DNA of 62,301 bases, the filler included, from Pirum gemmata (taxonomy: Eukaryota), in assembly GCA_002812295.1 (NCBI GenBank). It is 15 parts of 15 records of this genome, joined end to end, with 100 filler letters (N's around TTAATTAATTAA, not from the genome) between each part and the next. Parts side by side here need not be neighbours in the genome. Positions count along the whole stretch, not along the records: positions 1 to 3,993 come from PDIN01001639.1; positions 4,094 to 8,103 come from PDIN01001640.1; positions 8,204 to 12,211 come from PDIN01001641.1; 12 more parts are not named here. One strand, 5' to 3'. Below the pieces are notes generated by a model, which saw only the letters and a list, made by a program, of their open reading frames with translations, was not told where the DNA came from and ran no database searches. The translations under genes and the position numbers were made by a program. Each line of letters begins with the position of its first letter. Position 1 is the first letter of the stretch. Shown here in pieces: positions 1 to 11,981 of this stretch.

Positions 1-414
1 ATAATAATATTATTATTATTATTATTATTAACTATTATTATTATTATTAATTAAATTCGATATTAATATAATCAAACAGAACAATATTTTTAGAAGTATC
101 CACGCCGTATCGTGTCATAATCTCTCATACATGTATGTTGCAGGAAAGTGTTTCAGAGTGGATTACAGTTCGATTACTCGTATAAATTTTCAAAATTAAT
201 CAAAGATAAATTTGACCAAGAGAAAGGTTATTATTATTTTTATTTTTACACACAAACACACTATATCAGTATAATAATATATACTATTGAAAAACGTGTA
301 TATACTAGCTAGAGCTACTATCAGGATAGCTAGTATAATATAATACTATTACACTGAGGACTATTAATACTAGCTAGGTAGTAGTAACTGTTATATCATA
401 TTATGATATCGATA

Positions 415-600
415 TTATGCTTTTCATTTATTTTATCACTCTGAATATTTATTTGGTTAGGTATAATATTTAAATTGACATTTTTAAATGAATAAATAAA
501 TATTAAAATATACCAAATTAAATGAAATTGATTTATATAGTATTAATTTGGTACTCTTTATTGTATATTTTATGATGATAAAACAACTGAAAAAGCACGA
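415..600. mobile_element. MITE family A (~190 bp, TA target duplication, Tc1/mariner-like non-autonomous element)
   Basis: TA|TTATGCTTTTCA...TGAAAAAGCACGA|TA with an imperfect ~22-bp TIR and an internal TACCAAATTAA/TTAATTTGGTA inverted repeat. At least 8 copies in the window. Confidence 0.8.
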
Positions 601-1032
601 TAATACTAAGCTACAGTATACATGACAGCTGGTAACTGCTGGTTTTATTATTTTTATTAAAATTTTATTTTTTCTTTTCTTTTGAAAGAAAAAGAGAAAT
701 GTTTGGTCCTGCTTTCCTTATAAATAAAAAGAGAAGCAGTACAGTTAGTTATTCATTATAGCCAATTAATATTTATAGCTGTAGTTTGTTGATTTGTTTC
801 ATAATATAGTTAGTCAATATAATATTATGAATAACAATATGGTATAATATTTATTTATTTATAAGTTATAATTTTTAATTATCATTATTTATATTTTAAA
901 TTTTATATTAAATTATAATGATTATTATCTAGGATTAATATTAATAACCTTGATTACATTATATCGATATCACTTATGATACTTCTTGATATATTTTTAA
1001 TAATTAATATAAATATATCAAAGACTCCATCC

Positions 1033-1082
1033 ACCCTAACCCTAACCTTAAAACCCTTAACCCTAACCCTAACCCTAACCCT
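1033..1082. repeat. Interstitial telomere-like (CCCTAA)n tract
   Basis: Imperfect CCCTAA units in mid-contig. Confidence 0.8.
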
Positions 1083-1508
1083 ATTTCTTTTTCCTGGGGG
1101 TCTTTGAAATAAATGCAGACCTAACGTTACAGGCCCCAAATAGCAATGATATTGATAACTCGATTGATAACTTATTATATAAACCTGGTAAATAATAATA
1201 AACTACCGGGTATATTCTGAATCAGAATTTCATATATTATTCTATCGATATCGATTAGTCTATCTGGTAGACTATTAAATTTTAGGAAAGAAAAGAAGAA
1301 AAGTTAGAAGAAACCAGAAAGAATTTTTAAATAGTGTAAGAAAGAATCCACAGTCCACTAAGAATCCACATCATCGAAAATATTTGTAGGGCCATATTTG
1401 GCTAAATATTTCATAAACGGCTGAAGGAAGTCCTAACTCCTAAAAGTAAGTCCTATTAGAAGGAAGTCCTACGATACCTCGGGTAGTTGATGATAGTAGC
1501 AGTCTATA

Positions 1509-1790
1509 GGGAGCGTTCAATAATTACGTAACGCTTGGGGGTAGGTAGGGGGGGTCGGATTTTTGTGACAGGCCGTGACGCAGTAGGGGGGTAGGTTTTC
1601 GTAATATGACATAACGCAAAAAACCACTTTTTTGCTATATATATATATANTAATTTAGGGTACTATTTTTTCCAAATCGTTACGTCATAAGTGGTAGGTA
1701 GTCCTTCTCAAACGTGACAGGCAGTTACACGGGGGGTAGTAGGGTAGGTTTTTGTCCCAAATCGGCGTTACGTAATTATTGAACGCTCCC
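1509..1790. mobile_element. MITE family B1 (282 bp, PIF/Harbinger Tourist-like)
   Basis: Perfect 26-bp TIR GGGAGCGTTCAATAATTACGTAACGC with a 3-bp TSD (ATA) on both sides and internal GGGGTAGG motifs. Confidence 0.9.
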
Positions 1791-1927
1791 ATACTATAGA
1801 CTAGCTAGCTAGTATAGTACTACTAGAGTATCATAGCTACTCTAGAACTAGCTATTAAAATCATACTAGCTATCTATAGTACTACTAGCTAGCTAGAAGT
1901 TCTACTATCTATGATAATATTATGATA

Positions 1928-2101
1928 TTGTGCTTTTCATTTAGTTTGTCACTCTTAATATTTATTTGGAGGGTTATAATCTTCAAATTGGCATTTTTAA
2001 ATCAATAAATAAATAATAAAATATACCAAATTAAATTAAATGGATGTATATTGTATTAATTTGGCACTGTTTAGTGTATATTTTATGATGACAAAACAAC
2101 T
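1928..2101. mobile_element. MITE family A copy (right end truncated)
   Basis: TA|TTGTGCTTTTCA start; body collinear with 415-600. Confidence 0.8.
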
Positions 2102-2462
2102 ATATCAATATCAGATATATGATACTAGCTACTATCGTAGATTACCGGTAGTAGACTATCCCTACTACTAGAGTATCCTTTGACAAAAACACAAACTATC
2201 ACTGATATTATCATAATATATTATGATAAAAGAAGTGATAAGAAGGTTAACTGAAGCTATTATCTTAGACTTTTAACAAGGATAAGTGTGTGTTTGGAGT
2301 AAAAGAAATAAGGTTTTGGGTGTTTCAAAATATCACAAAACGGGATCGAAAATTCGAAATAGACCCTGATAGGTAAAAACGTCTTATCAATAATACCATA
2401 TCGATAGTATTAGTTGTAGACTATTAGCTAGCTACTAGCTAGCTAGTAGAGTGTATTATTAC

Positions 2463-2643
2463 TTGCTTTTGATTTATTTTGTCACTCTGAATATTTATTT
2501 GGATAGTTATAATATTTAAATTGTCATTTTTAAATCAATAAATAGATAATAAAATATACCAAATTGAATTAAATGGGTTTATATATTATTAATTTGGTAC
2601 TATTTATTGTATACTTTATGATGACCAAACAACTGAAAAGTAC
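2463..2643. mobile_element. MITE family A copy
   Basis: Collinear with 415-600; ends AACTGAAAAGTAC. Confidence 0.75.
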
Positions 2644-2858
2644 TATAGACTAATAGTTGTAGAACTAGCCCAGCTACTAGCTAGTAGTTTTATTTATAGA
2701 TTTATAGACTAGCTAGCTAGTAGCTGGCTAGTAGACCTGTACCCTGGTTGGTTAGTCTACTTTTTTTTTTAAAAAATAGTATACAGCTAGCTGAAAATTT
2801 TACCCATTTTTACCATAAATGGGTAAATTGGGTAACACGTTACACGTCACAGTTTAGT

Positions 2859-2894
<36 letters not shown>

Positions 2895-3909
2895 AGCCAG
2901 ATAAATCTACTATCATAGAATTAGAATCTGATAATCGATATACAGATTCCAACAATCGAGCCTACCAATTTACCGCCGCTCGCTTGGACTGTGTTTGTTT
3001 TATTATTTCATTTTCTACATTTTTTTCTAAACTATCATAATTATAGTTATAATTATAATAATTATAATGTTTGAAAATCAATATTTATGATTTTCATACT
3101 ATTTTCATCACACAATTGTCTTTTCCATTTATACGGAAATCGATTATGATAATATTATTATAATAATGGTAATGATGATACTACTACTACTCAGACTCTA
3201 GCTAGAATGATGATATTGATCATGATAATATTATTATAATAATAACAATGACAGTTATGATCCGCTCATATATAGGTCTTCTGACTCTTCTCTAAATAAG
3301 AAAAATTACCACCCTCCTTTTTTTAGTATTTTTAAAGTTATTAATTTAAAAATGATATATGATAATAAATAAATCAAAAAGAAAGTTATCAAGTGTTATT
3401 TATTATTTATAAATCTCACAATTTATTTAGTATTAGTTTTTATTATTTATCGATATTTAATATAATATATACAACCACAACAATGATTATGTTATTTATA
3501 TATTATGTCATCATTTACAAGAAACTTAAATAACAACAGCATTCTTATTTAAAATTCATAAATAAGAATAGTGAGACTATTATTATTATAATAATGATAT
3601 TTATTTATAAATAATTATACAACGGCATTCTTATTTAAAATTCATAAATAAGAAAAGAGTTTAATTATATAATAGTGACACTATTATTATTATAATAATG
3701 ATATTTATTTATAAATAATTATAAAGCTGGAATCTGCTACTTAATTTCGGAATCGACACTATCATAAAAAAAAAATAAAAAAAAAGCTCGATTTGAAAAA
3801 AAAATTGAATTTAAAAATAAATATTTTTTACTTTTGTTAAATATGTTTGAATTGGTTTTTTAACACATAAAATTTTGTATGATAGCTACTACTAGCTAGT
3901 AGCTAGCTA

Positions 3910-3993
3910 TCGTGCTTCTCATTTAGTTTGTCTCTCTTATTATTTATTTGGAGGGTTATAATATTTTAATTGGCATTTTTAAATCAATACATA
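3910..3993. mobile_element. MITE family A copy, cut by contig end
   Basis: TA|TCGTGCTTCTCA start followed by the family body. Confidence 0.7.
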
Positions 3994-4093
3994 NNNNNNN
4001 NNNNNNNNNNNNNNNNNNNNNNNNNNNNNNNNNNNNNTTAATTAATTAANNNNNNNNNNNNNNNNNNNNNNNNNNNNNNNNNNNNNNNNNNNN
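3994..4093. other. Artificial contig linker (first of 14)
   Basis: N44-TTAATTAATTAA-N44 (stops in all six frames). Recurs at 8104, 12212, 16296, 20378, 24498, 28603, 32667, 37806, 41909, 45932, 50015, 54120 and 58201. Confidence 0.98.
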
Positions 4094-4468
4094 CTGATTT
4101 TTTTACTTTTGACCAATTAATATTCATACAATTTATCTTAATTTCACCAAACCTCTTAAAATGAACGCCAACACCTGCCAACTGAAAATGTGGGTAGGCA
4201 GAAGAGCGTCTGTGGTTTTTTTTTCTTTTTTTTAATAAGAAGCTTGGGTGATAAAATATGAGCAATAACAATAACAATACCAGAAGCAAAGCTGAACGTT
4301 TCATCTTAGAATCAAGTTTTTTTAACCACATCCTTATTTTTACTTTCACTTTCTATTCATTTTTTCAAGTTTGTATTTCTTTAATAACTTTATTATCTTT
4401 CTTTGTTTCGGTGGTTTTATCTAAAATGAAATTTTGATTTATTTTTTTTTAATTTTATTTTATAAAAG

Positions 4469-7181
4469 TCGAAATTGTCCTGTCGGAAATGAGCCTGAGC
4501 TCGATGAAATGGTAACTGGCACAATAGAAAGTGAAGAAAATCAGTTTTTGAATTTTGAAGCTTTAAAATTGCGTGTGGCAGACATTGGTATGATATCATA
4601 CATTGTTAAAAATATAAAAATGACAATACTGTTATATTAGGAATATGAATAATGTTTTTTATTACTTAAAACACTAGTTATGGTTTTATAATTACAACTA
4701 TACAATAGCAATAGCAATGACCCAATAGGTATTACAGTGCTAATGATCTTCATAGTAGCAATAGTAGTGATAATTTGTGTTCGCTGTCTTTGTCCTTGTC
4801 TGTGTGTTGTCTTTGTCTTTGTGCTCTTATTCTTGTTCTTGTTGTCTTCGCTCTTGTTCCTGTTCTTGCCTTTGTCCTTTTCTTTTCCTTTGTTATATTG
4901 TTTGTGGTGAGTTCGGTGGACGGTGGTGTTGATAGTAATTACTATATGACAATACAATATAGTTACTATTATACCATTGTTGATATTAGCAGTGTTGAAG
5001 ATAACTATAACAGTTATAACAATCGTTATAAATGTTGTTACGGGTTACAGTAGTAATGATGGTGGTGCATTAGTAATAATGATAATAGTCTTTTTTTGTT
5101 TTATGACTCTTAACTATACTCCATTAATTTTATTTTTAGCTAGAAAAAATGGAATGAAAACTATTTCGACCGAATCTTGCTTATTGCTTTCTCTTGCTAT
5201 TCAAATGCGCTTAAGAAATATGCTAGAAGACATGATGGTTAACAGGTTCTTGACTTCACTATCAATACCACCCCATTATTATTAGCATTTCACGATTTAT
5301 CACTATATTTATGCATTGTCTATATGATTATTTCAGCTGTAGCAACTATAAACCGATATCATTAGCACATCATTTCATTATTATGGTAATCAACAATTTT
5401 ATGATAATCGTCAGGATTCGCAGTAGCTTATCATTTCTTGCTTAGTTCAAATTTAACTGAAGATAGAAAAAAAATTAAAAAATCAGTACATATGTGTTTG
5501 GAGTATGCTAGCATTATTACATTTTTTTCTTTGCTATCGTTTTTGATTTTTAATTTTTAATCCACAGTCACCATCGGCATGATTCGGCGCGCCCAAGTGA
5601 AGATACATATGTCACACAAGATACAAGACGACAACTGGCCCTGTTTAAAAAGTGAGTTTTTTATTTTGATTTATTTGGTTTGGTGTTTGTGTGAGTTAGG
5701 TAAACCCTTATGGCTTAACCTTTTTCTGACGTTCCCTTCTTTTAACTTTGTTACACCCCTACTCTAACTGCTTGTATTATTTTAAAAAACCTTACCATCA
5801 ACTAAATTACATGTGCGAATTGATAACGCTTAACTTTTTTTTTAGATACATATCAATGCAAATACTAATACAATTATAATACCAATGACATTTAATATTA
5901 ACCGTGATTTATTAAACTAACAAAAATACCAATTCTATTGATGAGTATATATTGATAACACAATAAGACGACCCTGTTTTTTTAATGTAATTACTATTTC
6001 GATAACGTCAACTTAGAATCGACAAAGATGCTGAAACTAAAAAAAATATAGAAGAAAGGGCAATGATGAAACAAGGAAATAAGGTCTGCTGTGTTGTGAG
6101 TTTGCGTTTGTGTGTGTATGTGTTTTTTTTTTTTTTTAACCCCGGCTAGTGGATAACTTCTCCTCTAATATCACTTCCTTTTTCCCAACGTTTTTATTTT
6201 CAATTTTCTGATTAAACGTCTAAAATCAAGAATAAAGCGCTTGATGCTGATGCACAGCAACGTAAGCAAAAGGCCAAATTAATAAAAGATGAAGAAGAAC
6301 AAAGAAGTATACACAAGTCTGCCAATGCAACTGCTATGGCTCAAATTTTAGGTAATAAATTAAATTGTATACATGAATTGTGTTCTGTTAATTAGTATTT
6401 TTGTGTCTGAAAATTTTCTAAACCGATTAAACTTTACTGTTTATGTCTTTCTCATAATTTCCTGGTATTTTTATTAAAACTTGTGTGTTCAATTTTTTAT
6501 TGTTGAAGGTGGAAACAGTAGAAGAAAAAAATTCTTGACTACTCTGAATACGCCAAATCCTGGAACGCAACCTTCCGCTTTTTCTCTAAAAGTAAGTTCC
6601 AGTATACTTTTCTTTGTTTGTATAACTTGTTTGTGCGATATATTAAATAACTACTATGCCGTAAAGACACATTCTAGATTTGTATTTAAGCATAACTGTG
6701 TAACTATAAATTGTAAGTAAAAACTTTTTTGCAATTATTTCTTTACTGTATCTTGATTCTCATATTATCGTTATTAATGCTTTAAATATATAGCGGGGTG
6801 ACAAACCTGGATTAGCCACCAGCGGGAACGTGCGAAGTAAGTTTTTTTTACATATTATTTGCACACTATTAATTTAAGAAACCTCACTTGTATTTAAATT
6901 TCTTATTTTGTTTAGGGTCATTGTAGTTATGCAACACAACTTCCTTGTTTGAATATATCTTTTACTCTTTCTCCTAACTTATTTTTTTGTATTTGATTTT
7001 TATTAAGCTTTGGTATGCTCACAATATATCTTTTTATCATACAGATGCACCTCCAATAAATAATAGATTTCGTCCCCCTCGCCGACGTGTTGCTTTGAAA
7101 GATTTAATTAAATGTCTAGAAGATGATAAAGATTATGCGAAATCGCCTCTACTATACCGTGCGTTACTTCGCCTTCGCTAG
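4469..7181 (+). CDS. TAF4: TFIID subunit 4 (TAF4), spliced, 5' end unresolved
   Basis: Eight exons joined by phase-consistent GT-AG introns: 4469-4587, 5140-5245, 5568-5651, 6017-6083, 6231-6351, 6509-6591, 6794-6836, 7045-7181. Product has the histone fold FLNFEALKLRVADIARKNGM...LSLAIQMRLRNMLEDM, the SANATAMAQILGG..RRKK motif and the C-terminal RRVALKDLIKCLEDD..AKSPLLYRALL, all matching the TAF4 conserved region. Confidence 0.92.
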
Positions 7182-8261
7182 ACTGAATATTGTATCTAAA
7201 ATTCCTGGTGAATTATAAAGTTTCCCATGCTCCTTTCTTTTCTCTCACACAGCGTATATAAATCTATATCTTTTATAGGAACTAATCAAATAATTTTATT
7301 GCATAACTCTAGCAGAAAATAGTTTCTTAATCATAGTGAGTGTCCTTTGCTCAACATTTTTGAGGTTTTTACTTTCAATGTGACCGGTAAAAATTTGAGT
7401 AAGCATGATAACAGATCATTATTTTTGGTTTGGATTTTTTTTTTAATTTATCGTAGAAACAAAAAATAACGGTCACTCGTTACAAAGTAGCTTGGAACAA
7501 TCAGCTGACGAGTTATAAATATGAGACCACGTAGATAATAGTGGTTTGTATTAGTTCAAACTGTCAATAGATAGATCAATAATGCCACTACACGTACCTA
7601 ATATGGATTGATTGATGATATTTATTAAAATATTGGAAGAAATTGCATCTGAATGTTTTAACATGTAAAAACTGGTTTTTAACAACGTAAATAATACCTT
7701 TTAATAAATGATATTGTGTTTTTGTTATAAAGTATTTAGCCTGAACTATGTGTATAATGGAATACATGATCATATGGCTCGCATATTAAACTCAATCGAT
7801 TGATTGTTTGGTAACAAATAGCTGTATTGGGAAACATCGCTCAAAAATCATATTTGCAATCAAGTAGGAAAGATCTACTGAAAATGCAACAACAAAAATA
7901 AAAGAACAGTGGTACTATCTATATCGATATGATGTGATGATAATGAAAATAATGAAAATTATGAAAATAATAACTTTTTTGAATTGAAAAGATTTTCTCA
8001 AATTATGAAAATACTGAAAGCTAAAATTAAAGAAACGATCTTTTTTACATAACATATTATTGTTCTCCTTGGTCTTATATTATTATTATTATTATTATTA
8101 TTANNNNNNNNNNNNNNNNNNNNNNNNNNNNNNNNNNNNNNNNNNNNTTAATTAATTAANNNNNNNNNNNNNNNNNNNNNNNNNNNNNNNNNNNNNNNNN
8201 NNNAAATCAAAACTGACATTAGCATGCACCATTGTAGTTTATATTTATAAAATATTATAGA

Positions 8262-8413
8262 CTATCAAAAATGTCGAATTTTTCAATCTATCAAAAATGT
8301 CGAGTTTTTCAATCTATCAAAAATGTCGAGTTTTTCAATCTATCAAAAATGTCGAGTTTTCAATCTATCAAAATTGTCGAGTATTCAATCTATCAAAAAT
8401 GTCGAGTATTCAA
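8262..8413. repeat. Tandem 25-26-bp repeat x6 (CTATCAAAAATGTCGAGTTTTTCAAT)
   Basis: Six near-identical adjacent units read directly. Confidence 0.9.
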
Positions 8414-8711
8414 TTTCTTTTTTAAAAAGTCTACAAATACAAAATAAAAAAAATTATAATGTATCAAATCATGAGATCAAACATCAAACATCAAAATACT
8501 ATTAATTAGGGGTTGGTTTAGTTAATAATTAATAATATTATAAAACATGATATTTTGGACTATGATTATTAATTATTTATAAATAAAAAAAATCATGTTT
8601 ATTTTTTAATTATTACAAATAATATTAACATCAATAAAAAAAGTATAAATACACTAAACATAAAACTAAAAAAAATCAATAAACTAATTTAACAAAAAAA
8701 AAATTAAAAAA

Positions 8712-9281
8712 ATGATGAATGCTAGCGAAGACAGTGATAATGATGGTTATAGAGCTTTTATAGAAAACGATAACGAAGACAGTGATAGTGATGGTTATAG
8801 AGCTTTTATAGAAAACGATAGCGATTATAGAGCTCTTATAGGAAAAGATAAAACTCATGTAGAAGATAACGAAGACAGTGATAGTGATGGTTATAGAGCT
8901 TTTATAGAAAACGATAGCGATTATAAAGCTATTGTAGAAAACAATAAAACTCATGTAGAAAACGATGATGGTGACGATGACAATATTGAACGAGAAAAAT
9001 ATATTAGGGAAAATTTGAAACCTTTTTTCATAAGTGATATTTATGACTATGTCAAGAACAACAAAAATAAAATTAAAAATAACGACGATGATGAATTAGA
9101 AAATGAAGTTATAGGTGACCTTGTAAGCAGATATTTCTTAATAGTTAGTGAAAATCCTAAGATTCTTGAATATGTTGATGGTGAAACTAACAAATTGGTT
9201 AGATTAGAAGGATTGCAAGAATTACAAAAGTTTACATGTAATAATTTAATGATTCCAATCATGCAAACATTGTTTGAATGA
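8712..9281 (+). CDS. Intronless hypothetical protein (189 aa) with acidic N-terminal repeats, possibly viral
   Basis: Open ORF with EDSDSDGYRAFIEND-type repeats x3 and a globular-looking C-terminus; same contig as the virus-like kinase. Confidence 0.6.
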   Translation: MMNASEDSDNDGYRAFIENDNEDSDSDGYRAFIENDSDYRALIGKDKTHVEDNEDSDSDGYRAFIENDSDYKAIVENNKTHVENDDGDDDNIEREKYIRENLKPFFISDIYDYVKNNKNKIKNNDDDELENEVIGDLVSRYFLIVSENPKILEYVDGETNKLVRLEGLQELQKFTCNNLMIPIMQTLFE

Positions 9282-9289
9282 CTAGGTAG

Positions 9290-9675
9290 CCAATCTAGCC
9301 TAGTTTATAGTCAATCTAGTTTATACCCAAATCTAGCATAGTTTATACCCAAATTTAGTCTGTTTATACCCAATTCAATCTAGTTTATACCCAAATCTAG
9401 CATAGTTTATACCCAAATCTAGTCTGTTTATACCCAAATCTAGCATAGTTTATAACCAATTCTAGCATAGTTTATACCCAACCTAGTCTAGTTTATAACT
9501 AGCCTAGTTTATACCCAATCTAGTCTAGTTTATAACCAATCTAGTCTAGTTTATAACTAGCCTAGTTTATAATCAATCTAGTCTAGTTTATAACCTAACT
9601 AGACTAGTTTATAATCAATCTAGTCTAACATAGTTTATAGTCATTCTAGCCTAGTTTATAACCTATCTAGGCTAT
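9290..9675. repeat. Degenerate ~22-bp tandem repeat (TCTAGCATAGTTTATACCCAAA), more than 15 units
   Basis: Recurrent TAGTTTATA core with ~13-26 bp spacing. Confidence 0.85.
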
Positions 9676-9955
9676 AAATACTTAGTAAAAAAATATTATA
9701 AACTTTTTTACTTAATTTGTACAAAAAATAAAATAAATTGGGTTTATTTGTCCCATATCATGTAAAAAATGGTATTATTTGTCCCATATGGGGTAAATAA
9801 CCCCATTAGAAATTAAAATAAAATATATAAAAAGAAAAAAATTAATGAAAAAAATAAAAAAAAATATTTTTTTTTTATTTTTTTTTTACTGTCTTAAGCT
9901 ATCAATCAATCAATCTCAAGCTATCAATCAATCAATCTCAAGCTATCAAATAAAA

Positions 9956-10543
9956 ATGAACGATATTCAGAACGATATTCAGAATAATAACATTAATTCC
10001 TATATTTCTATTGCAAAATATTACTTGGATGATATCGAGACGGGTGACAACTTTCAAAAATCTGTAAAATATATGGGGTTACTTACTGAATATATATGTA
10101 AAGAACTTAATATTGAAGAACATGAATATAATGAAAAAACTTATCATTGTGATATTTGTGATTATAAATGTGCACATTTGAGTAGTTTAACATATCATAA
10201 ACGAACACATACCGGAGAATCCCCTTATCATTGTGACCAATGTGATTATGTTTGTAAAACCCCGGGTAATTTATCTAGGCACAAACGGATACATACACAT
10301 AAACGGATATATAAAATAAAACGTTATCAATGTGATGATTGTGACTATTCTTGTTCGGTATTGACTAATTTAACCTATCATAAACGTACACATACCGGTG
10401 AAAAACCGTATAATTGCGAACAATGTGATTATAAATGCAAAACTCCGAGTGCTTTGAAACAACATATACGTAAACATACAAAACCTTATAATTGCGAACA
10501 ATGTGATTATAAATGTGCGCATTCGTTTCAATTAACCCGGTAA
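9956..10543 (+). CDS. Intronless C2H2 zinc-finger array protein (4 complete fingers + 1 truncated)
   Basis: CxxC-x12-HxxxH fingers with HTGESPY/HTGEKPY linkers. The last finger CEQCDYKCAHSFQLTR* lacks both His. Likely start is TAAAAATG at 9956, in frame with the ORF from 9845. Confidence 0.85.
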   Translation: MNDIQNDIQNNNINSYISIAKYYLDDIETGDNFQKSVKYMGLLTEYICKELNIEEHEYNEKTYHCDICDYKCAHLSSLTYHKRTHTGESPYHCDQCDYVCKTPGNLSRHKRIHTHKRIYKIKRYQCDDCDYSCSVLTNLTYHKRTHTGEKPYNCEQCDYKCKTPSALKQHIRKHTKPYNCEQCDYKCAHSFQLTR

Positions 10544-10995
10544 ACATGAATTACTTTGGGTTTAACTAACCGTAAAAGAACATTATTACTATGCATGTCA
10601 TAATGAACAAATTTACAAGCATTTTGTGCCAATGTTAAACCCGATAATGTTTGTAAAATAATACTATGAATAACTTCATCAGCAATATACTCACAACGAA
10701 TTAATTTACTAAATTTAATTGCAAAAGGGATGTATTCCATTACACATATTGGAATTTTAATATTGCAATTTGCAGTGTTAAGTTTTAAAGGATTTATTTT
10801 AGCTTTCTCAATAGCTCTTTCATCATAATCTTTTATTTTTTGATAATTTTTCCAATTATTAAATAACTGAATATCAACAAACGAATTTTTAAATAACTTT
10901 ATTGTTTGACATAAATGAGGATTATACATTAATGCTTTAGAAAATTCAAAAGACTCCATAATAATATGTTCATGTAAAGTAACAAAATATATATT
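10528..10995 (-). pseudogene. Truncated Ser/Thr kinase of nucleocytovirus (irido/pimascovirus-like) type
   Basis: FVTLHEHIIMES...NPHLCQT, VMEYI hinge, IILQTLSGLTLAQNACKFVHYDMHSNNVLL catalytic loop. No Gly-loop/VAIK upstream and no DFG downstream, so both ends are missing. Confidence 0.7.
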
Positions 10996-11001
10996 ATATA
11001 T

Positions 11002-11950
11002 GTTTCGTCATTCTGTTATTATCGTCATTCGTGATGTCATCGTTTCATAGTCTAACTATAGTCTATCTATAGTCTATTTCAACACAATACACCCACATAT
11101 CAATAATCATTAATATTATTATCATTATTATCATTATTATCATTATTATTATCAATATTATTATTATTATTAATGTTATCACTATTATTATTATTATCAT
11201 TATTATCATTCTGATTATCATTATTTATAGCATTATTATTATATCACTAATCATTATTATATATAATCATCATTATTAAAATCATTAGTGTCATCATTTT
11301 GATATTTATTTTTAATATTATTATTATTATCATTATTATTATTTCACAAAATTATATATAATCAATAAACGAAATGTCAACAAAAAAAAAAAAAAAACTA
11401 AAAAAAAAAAAGAAATAAAAAAANNNNNNNNNNNNNNNNNNNNNNNNNNNNNNNNNNNNNNNNNNNNNNNNNNNNNNNNNNNNNNNNNNNNNNNNNNNNN
11501 NNNNNNNNNAACCTCTCCCGAGATGCAAGTAAGGAGACTGAAAACGCAACTCGAAAATTAAAAAAAAAAAAAAATGAAAATAATGATAAAGATAATGATT
11601 ATTACATTAATAATGATAATATTATTAATGATTAAAATAATGATAATATTATTAATGATTATAATTATATTAATAAGGATAATAAGAATGGTGATGATAA
11701 TGATAATAAAAATATTGATAATAATGATAATAATAATGATAAAAATAATGATGATTAGAAATAATAATAAAGATTAGTGATATAATAATAGTGCTAAAAC
11801 TTATGATGATAAGAATAATAATAATGATATTAACAATAATATTAATAACAATGATAATAATGAAAATAATAATGATATTAATAATGATGATTAGAAATAA
11901 TAATGATGATTAGTGATATAATAATAATGCTAAAAATAATGATAATCAGA

Positions 11951-11981
<31 letters not shown>

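Noticed and set aside
4038..4349. Minus-strand 103-aa ORF and other short ORFs overlapping TAF4, GATA, DEP, monooxygenase and VWA genes
   Set aside because: Antisense or alternate-frame shadows of real genes, or ORFs that run into linkers.
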